Source: Eledone cirrhosa
Lineage: Eukaryota
Assembly: GCA_964016885.1 (NCBI GenBank)
Contig: OZ024741.1
Span: 351,106,001 to 351,170,000 of the forward strand
Length of the DNA: 64,000 nucleotides
Direction: 5' to 3'
Shown: positions 48,100 through 59,765 of the stretch, piece after piece
Layout of the letters: every line of letters begins with the position of its first letter
How positions within the stretch are numbered: the stretch's first letter is position 1
Notes under the pieces: model-generated
Databases searched by the model: none
What the model saw: only the letters and a program-made list of their open reading frames with translations
What the model was told of the DNA's origin: nothing
Made by a program: the position numbers and the translations under genes

Positions 48100-51000
48100 T
48101 TCGAATAATTTTGAGAGAAATGTTTAAAAAGTTTTGTCCAAAATATTTTTGAAGAAACGCTTTAAATTTTTGAAAATATTTTGAGAAAATTTTGTGGAAA
48201 ATTTTGATGAAATACTTGACAAAAATTTTAGAATAATTTCAATTAGATATTAGAAAAAAAAAATTTTTTTTATTGTTTATAGAAAAGTTTTGTAAAATGT
48301 TCTTAATAATTTGGAGAGAATATATGTTGAAATTCTTTATAAAACTTTAGTGAATTTAAAAAAAATAAATTTAGATATAACTTTTGAGAAAATAGGAAAA
48401 TTCTTTGAAAAATATTTGAAAGAATTTTTGTGAAATTTTTTCGAAAACATTTTGATAAAAATTTAAAGAAAATATTTGAAAATCTTTTGAGGATAATGTG
48501 AAATAGGGGAGAGTATCTTTGAAATCTTTGGGGGAAATATCTGAGAAAATTTTGAGTAAAATCTTAGAAAACTGTTTTTTTAAATGTTGAGAGAATATTG
48601 GTTGAAAATTTTATAAAATGTTGGCAACATGTTTTTACTAAATGTTTAAAGGAAACTTTTGAGAAAAGATTTTGATAAAACTTTAAAGAAAATTTTGAGG
48701 AAAATATTTTAGAAAACTTTTCAGAAAAATTTTAATTAAATTTTTGGGAAAGGTTTCAAAAACTTTTGAGAGAAATGTTTAAGAAAGTTTCCCAAAACAT
48801 TTGAGGAAATTTAGAAATTTTGAATTTTGAAAGCATTTGAGGAAAACTTTTGGTGAAATTTTTTCTAAAAGATTTTGATAAAACTTTAAAGAAAAATTTT
48901 GAGAAAACTTTTTGGGAAAACGTTTTGGGAAAAGTTTCAAAAAATTTTGATAGAAATGTTTTAAATTCTTTCAAATATTTTTCCAAGATTTTTCATAATA
49001 TTTTCTCATAAGTTTCCTCTAAGTTTATTTTTTTAAACTTTGCCAAAGCTTTATAAAGAATTTCAACAAATATTCTCTCAAAATTATTAAGAAAATGTTA
49101 CAAAACGTTTTTAAAAACATTTTTTTAAAAACCAGCTTAATTTTCTTTTAATATCTAACTGAAACTTTTGTCAAGTATTTCCTCAAAATTTTCCACAAAC
49201 TTTAACAAATTTACCTCAAAATGTTTTCAAAAATTTAAAGCGTTTCCTCAAATCATCATCATCATCGTTTAACGTCCAACTTCCACGCTTGCATGGGTTT
49301 GGACGGGAGTTTTCCCACTTGAGGCAAGATTTATTGTCCTGCTCGTATAGGAGTCTGGCGGGTTTTCTACGGCTGGATGCCCTTCCTAACACCAACCACA
49401 TTACAGCGTGGACTGTGTGTTTTTTTTGTCGTGACACCTACACGACCTCATTTGTTTCGGACTGGATGTTGTGGTACCAACATAACTTCACATTTAAGGG
49501 GGTGGTGTGGATGGGGTGGGGGTAGTGGGACGGGGGTGTATTTTGTTAGAGGTGCCTACTGACTGTAGGTTTTGCTTTGTACTTAGGCAAGGCGACTCTT
49601 CTGTATGACTGTGTAGCGCCAAAGATCTCGGTCCAGTGACATTGTCTTGGAGAGGTGTAAGTGTGTGAGGTCGGAATTTATCAAGTCATCCCAGGTTTTT
49701 CTGGGTCTGCCTACTCTGTGGCTACCATCAATTTTGATTGCCCTGCACTTTTTTATACAGCTGTCGTCTTTCATGCGCATCACGTGACCGTATCAATGTA
49801 GTCTTCTCTCGAGTAAACATCTGATCCCTCTTATTCCTAATTTCTCCCTTAGTTCGTTTATGCTTTGCTATGAGTGTTAGATCATCTGCATATAGGAGTT
49901 CCCATGGGCAGCCGGTCTTGAACTCCTCTGTTATAGCCTGAAGGGCAATGATAAATAGTAGAGTGCTAAGAACAGAGCCCTGATGAACACCAACTTTTAC
50001 GCTAAACTCTTCACTATATTCGTTGTTAATTCTAATCTTGCTGACTGTTTCTTTATACATGGCTTGTATAGCTCTCACAATATTTGTGAAAACTTTTAAA
50101 AACATTTCTCTGAAAGATTTTCGTTACTTTTCCCAAAATTTTATTCAAAATATTTCTGAAACGTTTTCTAAAATATTTTCCTCAACATTTTATGAAAATG
50201 TTTTCGAAAAAATTTCACCAAAATTTCCTGTAATTTTTTCAAAGTCTTTTCTGAAAATTTTCTTCACAGTTTACTAAAAACATTTGGCCAAAATTTTCGC
50301 CATATATTGTCAAGCATTTAAAAAAATATTTTTCTAAAATTTTACTCAAACGTTTCTTAAATATTTTCTCAATCATTTCAAAGATAACCCCCCCCCCTCC
50401 ATACACATTTTCTTCAAAATATTTGAAAATATTTTCTTTAAATTTTTTAGCAAAATGTTTTACAGAAAATTTCACCAAAATTCTTCAAAATATTTTCGCC
50501 AGACTTTTCATGAACATTTCTCAAAAGTTTCATGTACGTTTATTCTTTAAAATATCGCCAAAATTCTATAAAAAATTTCAACAAATATTCTCTCAAAATT
50601 ATTAATAAAATATTACAAAACTTTTCTATATACATTTTTTTAAATCATTGTAATACTTTTTCTAATCTCTAACTGAAACTTTCATATGTTTCATTAAAAC
50701 TTTCCACAAAATTTCATCAAAGGTTTTCCTCAAATGTTTTAAAAAATTTATCTCAAAATTTTCGAAACTTTTCCCAAAACTTTGATAAAAAGTTACTAAA
50801 AAGTTTTCTCAAAATTTTTCCTTGAAAGTTTCTTTAAAATAATATTTTCGCAAAATTTTCTGCAACTTAAAAAAAAATATTTTCTCAAAGTTTTTATCAA
50901 CCTTTCGCCATATATTATCTGAAATATTAAAAAGAATAGTTTTCTAATATTTCTCAAATATTTCCCCATTACATATTTTCTTCAAAAGATTTTCAAGTAT

Positions 51001-51360
51001 TTTCTTTAAGATCTTATCAATGTTTTCGAAAAAGTTTCACCAAAAATCTTTTAAAATATTTCCCCGAGTTTTTCATATTTTCTCAAAAGTTTCATCTAAA
51101 TTTATTTTTTAAAATTCGCCAAAATTTTATAAAGAATTTCAACAAACATTCTCTCAAAATTATTAATAAAATGTCACAAAACTTTTCTATATACCTTTTT
51201 TTATATCATCGTAATATTTTTTTCTAATATCTGAAGTTTTTCTCAAAACTTTTGTCAAGTACTTCATCAAAATTTTCCACAAAATTTCCCCAAAAGTTTT
51301 CAAAATATTAAATATTCCTAAAATATTTTTGAAAACTATTTGAAACATTTCTCTCAAAAT
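48100..51360. repeat. AT-rich modular array with an inverted (foldback-like) junction near 48960
   Basis: GAAAA-rich left arm and TTTTC-rich right arm; marker tttataaagaatttcaacaaa at ~49050, ~50566 and ~51127, and reverse-complemented at ~48325; further copy at 54305-54835. Confidence 0.75.
49253..50080 (-). mobile_element. Internally deleted RTE copy inserted in the AT-rich array
   Basis: Near-identical to parts of 2980-4628; YADDLTLIA is joined directly to the 3' region, so PHD and thumb are deleted. Confidence 0.9.
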
Positions 51361-51399
51361 GCCCTTTTTTAGTTAGTAGTGGTTGTAGCTCTCTGAATT

Positions 51400-53450
51400 T
51401 TCTCCATCTCGTTCTTACTCTGGTTACAGTACTATCGGAACACGCTCCTACACTGCTGATTTCATCACACCGGTAACGGAAAGAGTCGGCTATTTCTATA
51501 GTACCGTCTGGGCATTTGAAGGAGCAAGTGTCCTATAGACACTTGCTACATACTGTACCTGAGCATCAGCCACACATAAAGCCTACGTTCTTTGCTAGCC
51601 TGCCTGTCATCCCACTACATCTTTTATGTACCCATAGCTTGCATTTGGGACATAGGATTTAATGTCTACCTACTCCTTTCCTGCACACTGAGCAAGGTCA
51701 TTTCCCAGAGGGGATCTGAACCGTTTTCTTTTCTACATACTAGGACTTTAGTCTTTGACAAGTTAATATTAAGATCTTTTGATTCTAGGCCATACTTTCA
51801 GGTTTGGAATTTCTTCTCTAATTCTGCCATAGATTGAGCTATGAAAGTTAGATCGTCTGCATACAGAAGTTCCTACAGGCAGCCAGTCTTCAACTCTTCT
51901 GACATCGCCTGTAGGGCAATAATAAACAGGAGAGGGCTAAGGACGGAGCCCTGATGAATACCTACATGTATGCTAAATTCTTCACTATAGTCATTGTTAA
52001 TTCTAACCTTGCTGACTGTTCAGCCACTCATCTACTCCTAATTTTTTAAGAGCCCACCAGATAATTTACTTTTAGCTAGGTACTTCTCCTGCAGTTGGTT
52101 CATGAGGAAGAGAGCATCCGTTGTACTTTTACCTGGCACAAATCCAAACTGCATTTCATCAAGGTTAATTCGGTCCTTAATCAGCTGTGCGATGACTCTT
52201 TCAGTGACCTTCATGACCTGACCTGGTCAACCAACTTAATGCCTCTATAGTTTTCTGTCTAGAACATCTCCTTTGCCATTGTAGCAGTTGACGATGCTGC
52301 TGCTACGCCAGTCATTGGGTATGACCCCATTTTGTATTATTTGGTTTACTATACATGTGACTATGGTGTGTCCCATCATCCCAGGCGCTTTCAGGATCTC
52401 AGCAACTATCCCCGAAGGTCCAGCTGCCTTCATATCTTTGATTGCCTTTCTTACTATACTATTACTAACTAGCACAGCTGGTCCCTCTGTTGGGTCAAAC
52501 TATCTACATCCCATTCATTCTCCTCATTTAGTAGTCTTTCATAGTGGCACCTCCATGCTGCTTTATTTTCAGCATTAGTGAAGGCAAGTTCACCATTATC
52601 ATCATGGACACACTTCGCAATCCTGAACACCTCACACCTATGGTTTTCATATTTCATAACATACTTAAATTTTTTATCTTCTGTTTCCCTTCTTGCAAAG
52701 TGCACTTGTCGCCTAGCTTTTCTCCTAGCCACCTGGTAATGTTCTCTACTTCCTCCCTCCTGCCATTCTTTCCATGCCCACCTTTTGGCCTTAATTGTTT
52801 CCTCCGCCCTACTGTTCCACCACAAAGTCACTTTCTTTCTCCCTAGAGGCCTGCTCCAGCCACAGATTTCATTTGTTGCCTTCAGTAGGTTATCTTTCAG
52901 GAATTCACACTGCTCCTCTATATTGTATATCTCTATTTGCTCTTTCTTACTATCAAAAACATTGAGTAACGTGTCTCTAAATTTGTTTCTGGCAGTAGGG
53001 TCCATCAACTTCTACATTCTTCTCCTCAAGGTTGTTGAGATAGTGACCTTGTAGTCAGGGCTAGACTAACTATTAGGTTATGTTGGAAGGTGCATTCTTC
53101 ACCAGGAAGGGACTTTGTGTTTATAATAGTCACTTCGTCTCGTCTTCTGGTAAGGATAAAATCTATCTGGCTGGTGTACTCCTCTGAAATATAGGTGATC
53201 AAGTGATTGTCTGTTTTTTTTAAAGTTTGTGTTACAGATAGGTCATTGGTATCACAGAATTCCAGGATAGTGTAAACTTCCTCATTTCTAGTACCAAACC
53301 CATAACTTCCATGGATCCCGTCATAGCCATTGCAGTGTTGTCCAACATGCCCATTAAAGTCACCAGCAGTAATTATGTAGTCACTGTCATTTATTTCAGA
53401 AGTAATGTGCATTAGGGAATCATAGAAAGAACCTGTCTTTTATAAAGTTT
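51400..53450 (-). mobile_element. Degenerate RTE LINE (EN to PHD)
   Basis: AGDFNGHVG, SQIDFIL, QHNLIV, TLWWNS, AAGPSGIVAE, YADD. Confidence 0.85.
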
Positions 53451-53713
53451 CAGAAAATCCTGCTTAGGGGAAAAGCAGTAATTCATTGCTTAAACTTTTA
53501 ATCTGTACTACTACTACTACTAGTGATAATAATAATATATATATATATATATGGGATAACAAGTTATCGTTATAGGTAATCCAGTTAGAGGTTGTGAGTA
53601 CTCTGCGTCGTGGATAGATTTAACATACGGCTTTGTTTGACTCAACGAAATGCTTCCATAATTATGCAGCGAGTTCGCGGTAATTTCTATGCAGGTTATA
53701 CTTGGTGTAATAA

Positions 53714-53948
53714 TAGTTAAAGAATGAAGAGTAACATGGTTGGCTGTACAATAAGGGCTTTATTTAAAGTACTGACAATTGTTTCGTTGATGTGTTGACC
53801 AGAGGTAAATAATGTATTGGAGATCGAGTGACGCAACTTCAAGCGATTAGCGAACTCTAGACTCACCTGATCAACGAAACAATTGTCAGTACTTTAAATA
53901 AAGCCCTTATTGTACATCCAACCATGTTACTCTTCATTCTTTAACTAT
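53714..53948. repeat. Near-perfect ~78-bp inverted repeat
   Basis: atagttaaagaatgaagagtaacatggttgg...ctgacaattgtttcgttgat vs atcaacgaaacaattgtcag...ccaaccatgttactcttcattctttaactat. Confidence 0.9.
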
Positions 53949-53977
53949 ATATATATATATAGTAGTCAGAAAGTTAA

Positions 53978-54305
53978 CCCTTTTAATACTAACCTGGTCA
54001 AAACCATCTCATTTAACCCTTTAATGTTCAAACCGCCCAAAATTCTCTACCTTTTTCTGTTGAAACAGGCTGTAACTGGTTACTCAAACTGATGTTAAGG
54101 TATTGTTCTCAAAATAAATACTTTCAAAATCTCATAGATTCGATATTATGTGAGTTAAAGCCTTTACCATGAAAATAAAATAGTATATATAGAGTAATGT
54201 GAATGCTAAAGGTTTAACAAAATTCTTATTGTCCTCCAACAATTTTATGAGAACTCTATGTTAAATTACTATCTTAGAATAATGAAATTAGTGGTTTTAA
54301 TGAAT
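53978..54305. mobile_element. piggyBac-like MITE containing a nested TTAA-flanked MITE (54017-54213)
   Basis: ttaa|ccctttaatgttca...tgaatgctaaaggt|ttaa; the outer element matches 28764-28973 reversed. Confidence 0.65.
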
Positions 54306-54835
54306 TTGGCCAAATTTTTATAAAGAATTTCAACAAATATCCTCTCAAAATTATTAATAAAATGTTACAAAACTTTTTTTTCTAATATGTAACTGAAACT
54401 TTTCTCAAACCTTTCGTCACGTATTTCATCAAAATTTCACCAAAAGTTTTCCTCAAAATGTTTGCAAAATTTCCGCAAATATTTTTGAAAACTTTTTTAA
54501 ACATTTCTCTCAAAAGTATACAGAAAAATTTCATCAAAATTTTCTTAAAGTTTTATTAAACATTTTCAAAAAAATTGCACCAAAACTTCTTGCAAAATTT
54601 TCTGCAATTTAAAAAAATTCTTTCTCAAAATTTTCCTCAAAGTTTACTAAAAACATTTGGCTAAAATTTTATAAAACTTTCAACATATATTCTCTCAAAA
54701 ATTTTTAAAATAGTTTTCTAAGATTTTACTCAAAATTTTCTCAAATATTTCCCCAAACATTTCAAAGATTTTCTTTAAATTTTTATGAAAATGTTTATTT
54801 TTTAAAAACTCGCCAAAGTTTTATAAAGAATTTGA
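54305..54835. repeat. Additional unit of the AT-rich modular array
   Basis: tttataaagaatttcaacaaatatcctctcaaaattattaataaaatgttacaaaac, as at ~51127. Confidence 0.75.
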
Positions 54836-55444
54836 TGTACGATGAGAATTCTGCTTTATAAATCACATATTTTCCCTGTTAAGCTTTCAATGTTGCATTG
54901 ACTGTGTTAGATTTTACATATTCATACATCAGATATTCTGTTAAATAGTGTGTGTTACATATTGCACATTATATGTTTAATCTTGTTATATATTGCATAT
55001 TATTAGGGCTGGTACTTGAGTATTTAGTGCCCCAGTCTAGCCCCAAAATGTGGGCCCTATCTCCCAAATAAAATAATTTCAACTTACAGTTTAGCAAGTT
55101 GATAAACCTACTTTTTGACAAGTCTTGCTCTGACCACACTACAAAGATTACTGAGCCTGCATTTTCTGCTACACAGTCCACACTCACCCATGACATTTCA
55201 TAGCATCATACAACCCTCTTCATCACTTTGGATATTTCCACAACACTGTTATGCAGCAAAGATGTCTATTGTTCACAGGAAATTGTTATATATTTAAGTT
55301 AATTATACGAATTTGTATAAAACTGTTATACTTTAAGATTCAGTAGTGCACTTCTTTGAGGTCTATGCCTTGGGCAGCTGCTTAGTTGGCCTTAATGGTA
55401 GTTCCAACCCAGACAATTTATGATACTTTTGTCACGTTACACCT

Positions 55445-55630
55445 ACACTATTACATACCAATCTGTCCATATGTTACTGTACTATTACATACCAATCTGT
55501 CCCCATGTTACTACATACTGATCTGTCCACACATTACTGCACTCTAATACTAAACTATCCACCTGTTACTACATACTACTCTGTCCACATGTTACTGCAC
55601 TACTAATACTAAACTGTCCACATGTTACAC
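55445..55630. repeat. Degenerate 25-33 bp minisatellite in the putative 3' UTR
   Basis: Repeated catgttactgcactattacataccaatctgtcca variants. Confidence 0.8.
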
Positions 55631-55723
55631 GTCTTCCATATTACATATTCTATGTTCCATCTTCATTTTAAAATCTTCCATGTTAAGTCCTTAGAGAAAG
55701 AGTCCTCTCTCTAGTCAAGCTTG

Positions 55724-55837
55724 TCAAATTGGGGACATCCGATGGATAGTGGTCAGTTTGTTCAGCTCATTTCGCCATTTCTTTTCCTCTTTCTTCCATT
55801 TTTCTGATTCAGCACCAATAACCATCAAACGCAGCAT
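55724..55837 (-). CDS. Schlafen/AlbA_2-domain gene, terminal coding exon (MLRLMVIGAESEKWKKEEKKWRNELNKLTTIHRMSPI*)
   Basis: Acceptor tttaccacAG, phase 0 matching the previous exon; charged helical tail; TGA at 55724-55726. Confidence 0.7.
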   Translation of the reverse strand: MLRLMVIGAESEKWKKEEKKWRNELNKLTTIHRMSPI

Positions 55838-56261
55838 CTGTGGTAAAGTTTAACAAAATATATTAATTTGTTTGAAGCATCATCACCATCATAATTGTAT
55901 TCAGTTTATTCATTATAACAGGCAAAACCTACATAAAAAATAAAAGAAGAATAGAAGTCGGCCATCAGAATATTATCTGCCTGTTGCAACTCCTACCAGA
56001 AGTATCACCACTTTTATGAGGAGATAACATTTGAACTCAGAACATACAGAACCGAAACAGATGCCACAGAGCATCACAATCAACTCTGCCAATCCAACAC
56101 CAATTGGCTGCTACATTATTTATCAACCCTCAGAGTGCAGAGATCCAGAACAAATACAAAATAATTTAACTCCTAACATCCTGCAATGATTTACTAGAAA
56201 ATCTCTAAAGATTGGTTAGTTAATTTAGATGGTTATAGCATCTCTACTAGTAGATACATCA

Positions 56262-56800
56262 TCATCATCATTTTATGTTTGCTTTTTCATGATTGCAAGA
56301 GTTGGCCGAGCTTTTTCCAACATTCCTTCACTCATCAGTCCTTTATCATCTCTATGAGATTCTGTGATTTGAGATCAGTTCTCACAACCTCTGTTCAGGT
56401 CTTCTTTGGTCTCCCTCTACTGTGACTTCCCCACACTGGGATTTCTTGGAACCTCTGTTATGGCCTGGAGAACAATAATAAACAGGAGTCGGCTGAGGGC
56501 AAAGCCCTGATGAGCACCTACCTGCACATTGAATTCCCTACTAAACTTTACTGACAGCTTCTCCGTACATGGCTTGCACTGCTCTCATCAGCTACTCTCC
56601 TATGCTTAGTGTTCTTAGGGACCACCAGATGACAGATCGAGATATTTGTCAAAGGCCTTTTCCAGATCAACAAAGAGCTTACACTTAGCTAGGAACTTCT
56701 TTTGTAGTAGTTGTCATCTAAACAAGAGGGCATCTGTGGTGCACCACCCTTGCATAAAGCCAAACTACATCTCATCTAATTTGACTCTTATAACTACAGG
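56262..56800 (-). mobile_element. Fragmented RTE LINE in intron
   Basis: Remnants of VDLEKAFD and VGAHQG.ALS.LLF; (GAT)n tail. Confidence 0.7.
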
Positions 56801-57074
56801 GCAAAGAAACTCCGCTACAAATACAGTTAGAAGATATACAATTAATAAATAAGAAAGGTCATCAACATATTGTCTGAAAATAAACATACCACCAGATATG
56901 CACTGATGGGCATTTGACTGAATATCTACAGATACATAACACTATAAACACAATGTAAATTTGCAATAGTAGGTTCTTTCAAAAGATAAATGAATTGTAT
57001 TTGATCTTGGAACTGTTCAATAACAACTTTCTCCGAGATAAAACTATAATAGGTAACATACAATGAGCCTGTCT

Positions 57075-57600
57075 CTGATATATGTCTATAGTGACTCTTT
57101 TACTTCTTCCCACATCCTGGATGCTGTGGTTAGAGCAAGAGCCACAGCCAAATGGAACAAAATCCTAAAACACCGTGATCTGTCGGCCAACTACATTTTC
57201 CAGCCTGTGGCGTTTGAGACATTTGGGGGAGTTGGGTTACTGACTGCGAGATTCCTATCTTCATTGGCGGCTCACCCAACAGAAGTAACTGGTGAAGCTT
57301 GTGAAGGCGCTTGGTTGTTCAAGCGTATCAGCCTCGCCATCACCCGAAGTAATGCCACGAGCGAACTGGCTTGACTAAAAAATTATTAGAGGGCTTTCCC
57401 AGTGCTCTTTGCAATACTGTTATCTTTTACTCTGGTAGCAGTTCGTTTGTCTACCCCTTTCGCTGATGTGGTCCCAGATGTGTGTGCTCCTGTGTTTTTT
57501 TGTTTTTTTCTTTTCTCTTTCTTTTTTGTTTTGTTTTCCCTTTCCTTTATATTATTTGTTTGAGCTTTCGTTCTGTAAGCATTGTATTATTATATTTCTT
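57075..57600 (+). mobile_element. CRE-clade (restriction-like endonuclease) retrotransposon 3' fragment
   Basis: K..KHRDLSANYIFQPVAFETFGG.G....RFL..LA....EVTG...E..WLFKRISLAITRSNA. Confidence 0.75.
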
Positions 57601-57724
57601 TTTATACAACAGTGAATTACAAATCGTAGTGTCAGTATAAGATATGACCCAAGGAATCTAAAGTTTGTAATTGCCTCAGATGTGTTACACTTATAAGTGT
57701 CTCCCATTATTTGTAACCTATCTC

Positions 57725-57912
57725 GGGCGGTGAATTGGCAGTATCGGTAGAGCGTCAGACACCATGCTTTACAGCATAGAGTTATGGCCCGTTACGTTCT
57801 GAGTTCAAATCCCGCCGAGGTTAACTTTGCCTTTCATCCTTACGGGGTCGATAAAATAAAGTACCAGTAATGCTCTGGGATAATTGCTGGCCTTGTGCCA
57901 AAAGAAGAAACA
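57725..57912 (+). mobile_element. Full-length tRNA-derived SINE (Meta/MESC-like core) with 19-bp TSD
   Basis: A box tggcagtatcggtag, B box gagttcaaatcc; TSD attatttgtaacctatctc at 57706-57724 and 57913-57931. Confidence 0.95.
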
Positions 57913-58064
57913 ATTATTTGTAACCTATCTCAGATTGATAGTTGAATGAAGCTCTATCGAATTTACTTATCAACATTTTTAGAGCTTATGTGTCTTAATG
58001 GCGATCTGATTGCTGCTTCAAACACATCATTTTACCATATACTGGAAAAGCACAGTCAAACATT

Positions 58065-58763
58065 CTAGGGCAGGTAAAATTCCTGAGATCCATGGACGAG
58101 TTCTCTCCAGCGGTCTCTGTCCCTCATTATCGCTGCCATGTCCTGCGTCTCCAACAGACCAGTGTCTGTCCTTAGGGCATCAACATACATTAACCTTGGT
58201 CTTCCTCTTCCAGTGTGTCCATGTAGGGGCTCCCACAGGAGCACTGAGTGCAATGTCAACTCTGGATGTTGGTGAGCATGTCCAGCTAACCTCAATCTCC
58301 TCTGTGTCACTTTTGAGTTGACTTTTGGGAGGCTCCCATACAGCTCTGAGTTTTTCATCTTCAGTGTATACTGATTAATGTTCAGAGCCATCCTCAGCAT
58401 TCTCGTATAGCACCCATCCACCATCTGAGTGAGTTTCTTGGTCAGTGTCCAAGTCTCAGACACGTACAGCAGCACAGACTCCACTACAGCAATGAAGAGG
58501 TGGATTTTCAGGTCTTTACGAAGGTCCGACTTCCACACCGATCTCAAGCTGTGGCACGCCGCCCAGGCTTTGCTCTTCCTCTCAAACACATCATCTTCCG
58601 TATTCCCAATCTTTGCTCCCAAATACAGGAAGTCCTCAACCAATTCTAGCAGCTTCCCGCCTACATTAGTGATCCCCTCTGGCTTCTCACCATTTTCTAC
58701 CAGATATTTTGTTTGAATCTCATTCATTCTCAGCCCCACACTCATCGACACAGAACCATACAA
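58065..58763 (-). mobile_element. RTE-X-like LINE 3' fragment
   Basis: VEDFLYLG, KSKAWAAC, VESVLLY..ETWTLT, DGCYTRMLRMAL, RRLRLAGH. Confidence 0.85.
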
Positions 58764-59673
58764 CTATTTCAGTACACAGTCAAACATGTGTGCTAGTAAA
58801 TATAGGTGTTTAGACATATCTATGTATAGATATATATTTGACTGCTTAACCTCACTGCTTTCTTTTTTAAGGGTTGGACAGTGTATGTATATATGTACTT
58901 ATATATTTGTGTGTGTGTGCTTGTATATATGGGTTAGTGACCCATATCTAGTTATATATCATACTTGGCTGCTTGATAGTGACTACCAGAGCAAGCAGCC
59001 TGCTGTTTCTCACACTATGAGAGAGAATCTATAAATATTTAGTTAAAATCTATATTAAAGTCTTAGTAAAACATTTATTTTCACACAGACCTTTAGAAAT
59101 AAAGTGTAGAATAGGAAAATTGATTTGGACTTGTACTTGGTACAATTGATGCAGAAATTGTGGCTCACCAAACAGAAAATTTGTAAATTTATGACACTAT
59201 GAAGGAAACACACCACAAAAGACAAATAACTACGTGGAAAAAATCAAATCCTTGGAGAACAAATTTACAATGTATCCAGTTTTGTCACATCCTGGCTCAC
59301 TTATTTACTAAAACTTTTACTCTTTATCCCAATTAGATCATCATCAGAACAAATTTCTCAGTTTAAAAGTTTACTTGTATAATTTATTTTAGTTGATCAA
59401 TAGTAATTTTTTAGAAAAAAAATAATAACCGATTTATAATAATGCTACTAGTAATAAGTAATATTATTCAAGTTATGCTTAAATAGATTGGTTTAACAAT
59501 TAAACCAATCTATTTCCCTCTGGACTGGTACCCCATTTATTGATGAAATGCAAATTTGGATATGGTGCAATAAGATAAAACAAATACGGAAGTATTTAAT
59601 CTAATGTTCTAATAACTCCAATTCACACATTTACTATGAACAGAACCTGGATTAGAAAGAAACTATAACAGAC

Positions 59674-59765
59674 CTCAGCATCAACAAGTTGTGTTGCATC
59701 ATCTTGCCGAAAATATGACTTGCCCTTAAAAGAATAGAAAATGTCCTGTGCAAATGTGGAGATTT
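59674..59765 (-). CDS. Schlafen/AlbA_2-domain gene exon (E-ISTFAQDIFYSFKGKSYFRQDDATQLVDAE)
   Basis: Acceptor ttttcttttgtcacAG, phase 1 in and 0 out; resembles the AlbA_2 C-terminal 'VIEI...Y...GK.Y.R..' segment; donor GTCTGT is weak. Confidence 0.75.

Noticed and set aside
48756-50605. K/F/N-rich ORFs in the AT-rich array
   Set aside because: Low-complexity repeat translations with no domain motifs
55445-55630. CRISPR-like periodicity
   Set aside because: No unique spacers, degenerate contiguous units, eukaryotic context, no cas genes
57725-57815. tRNA gene
   Set aside because: A/B boxes continue into a SINE core and tail with a TSD; this is a SINE head
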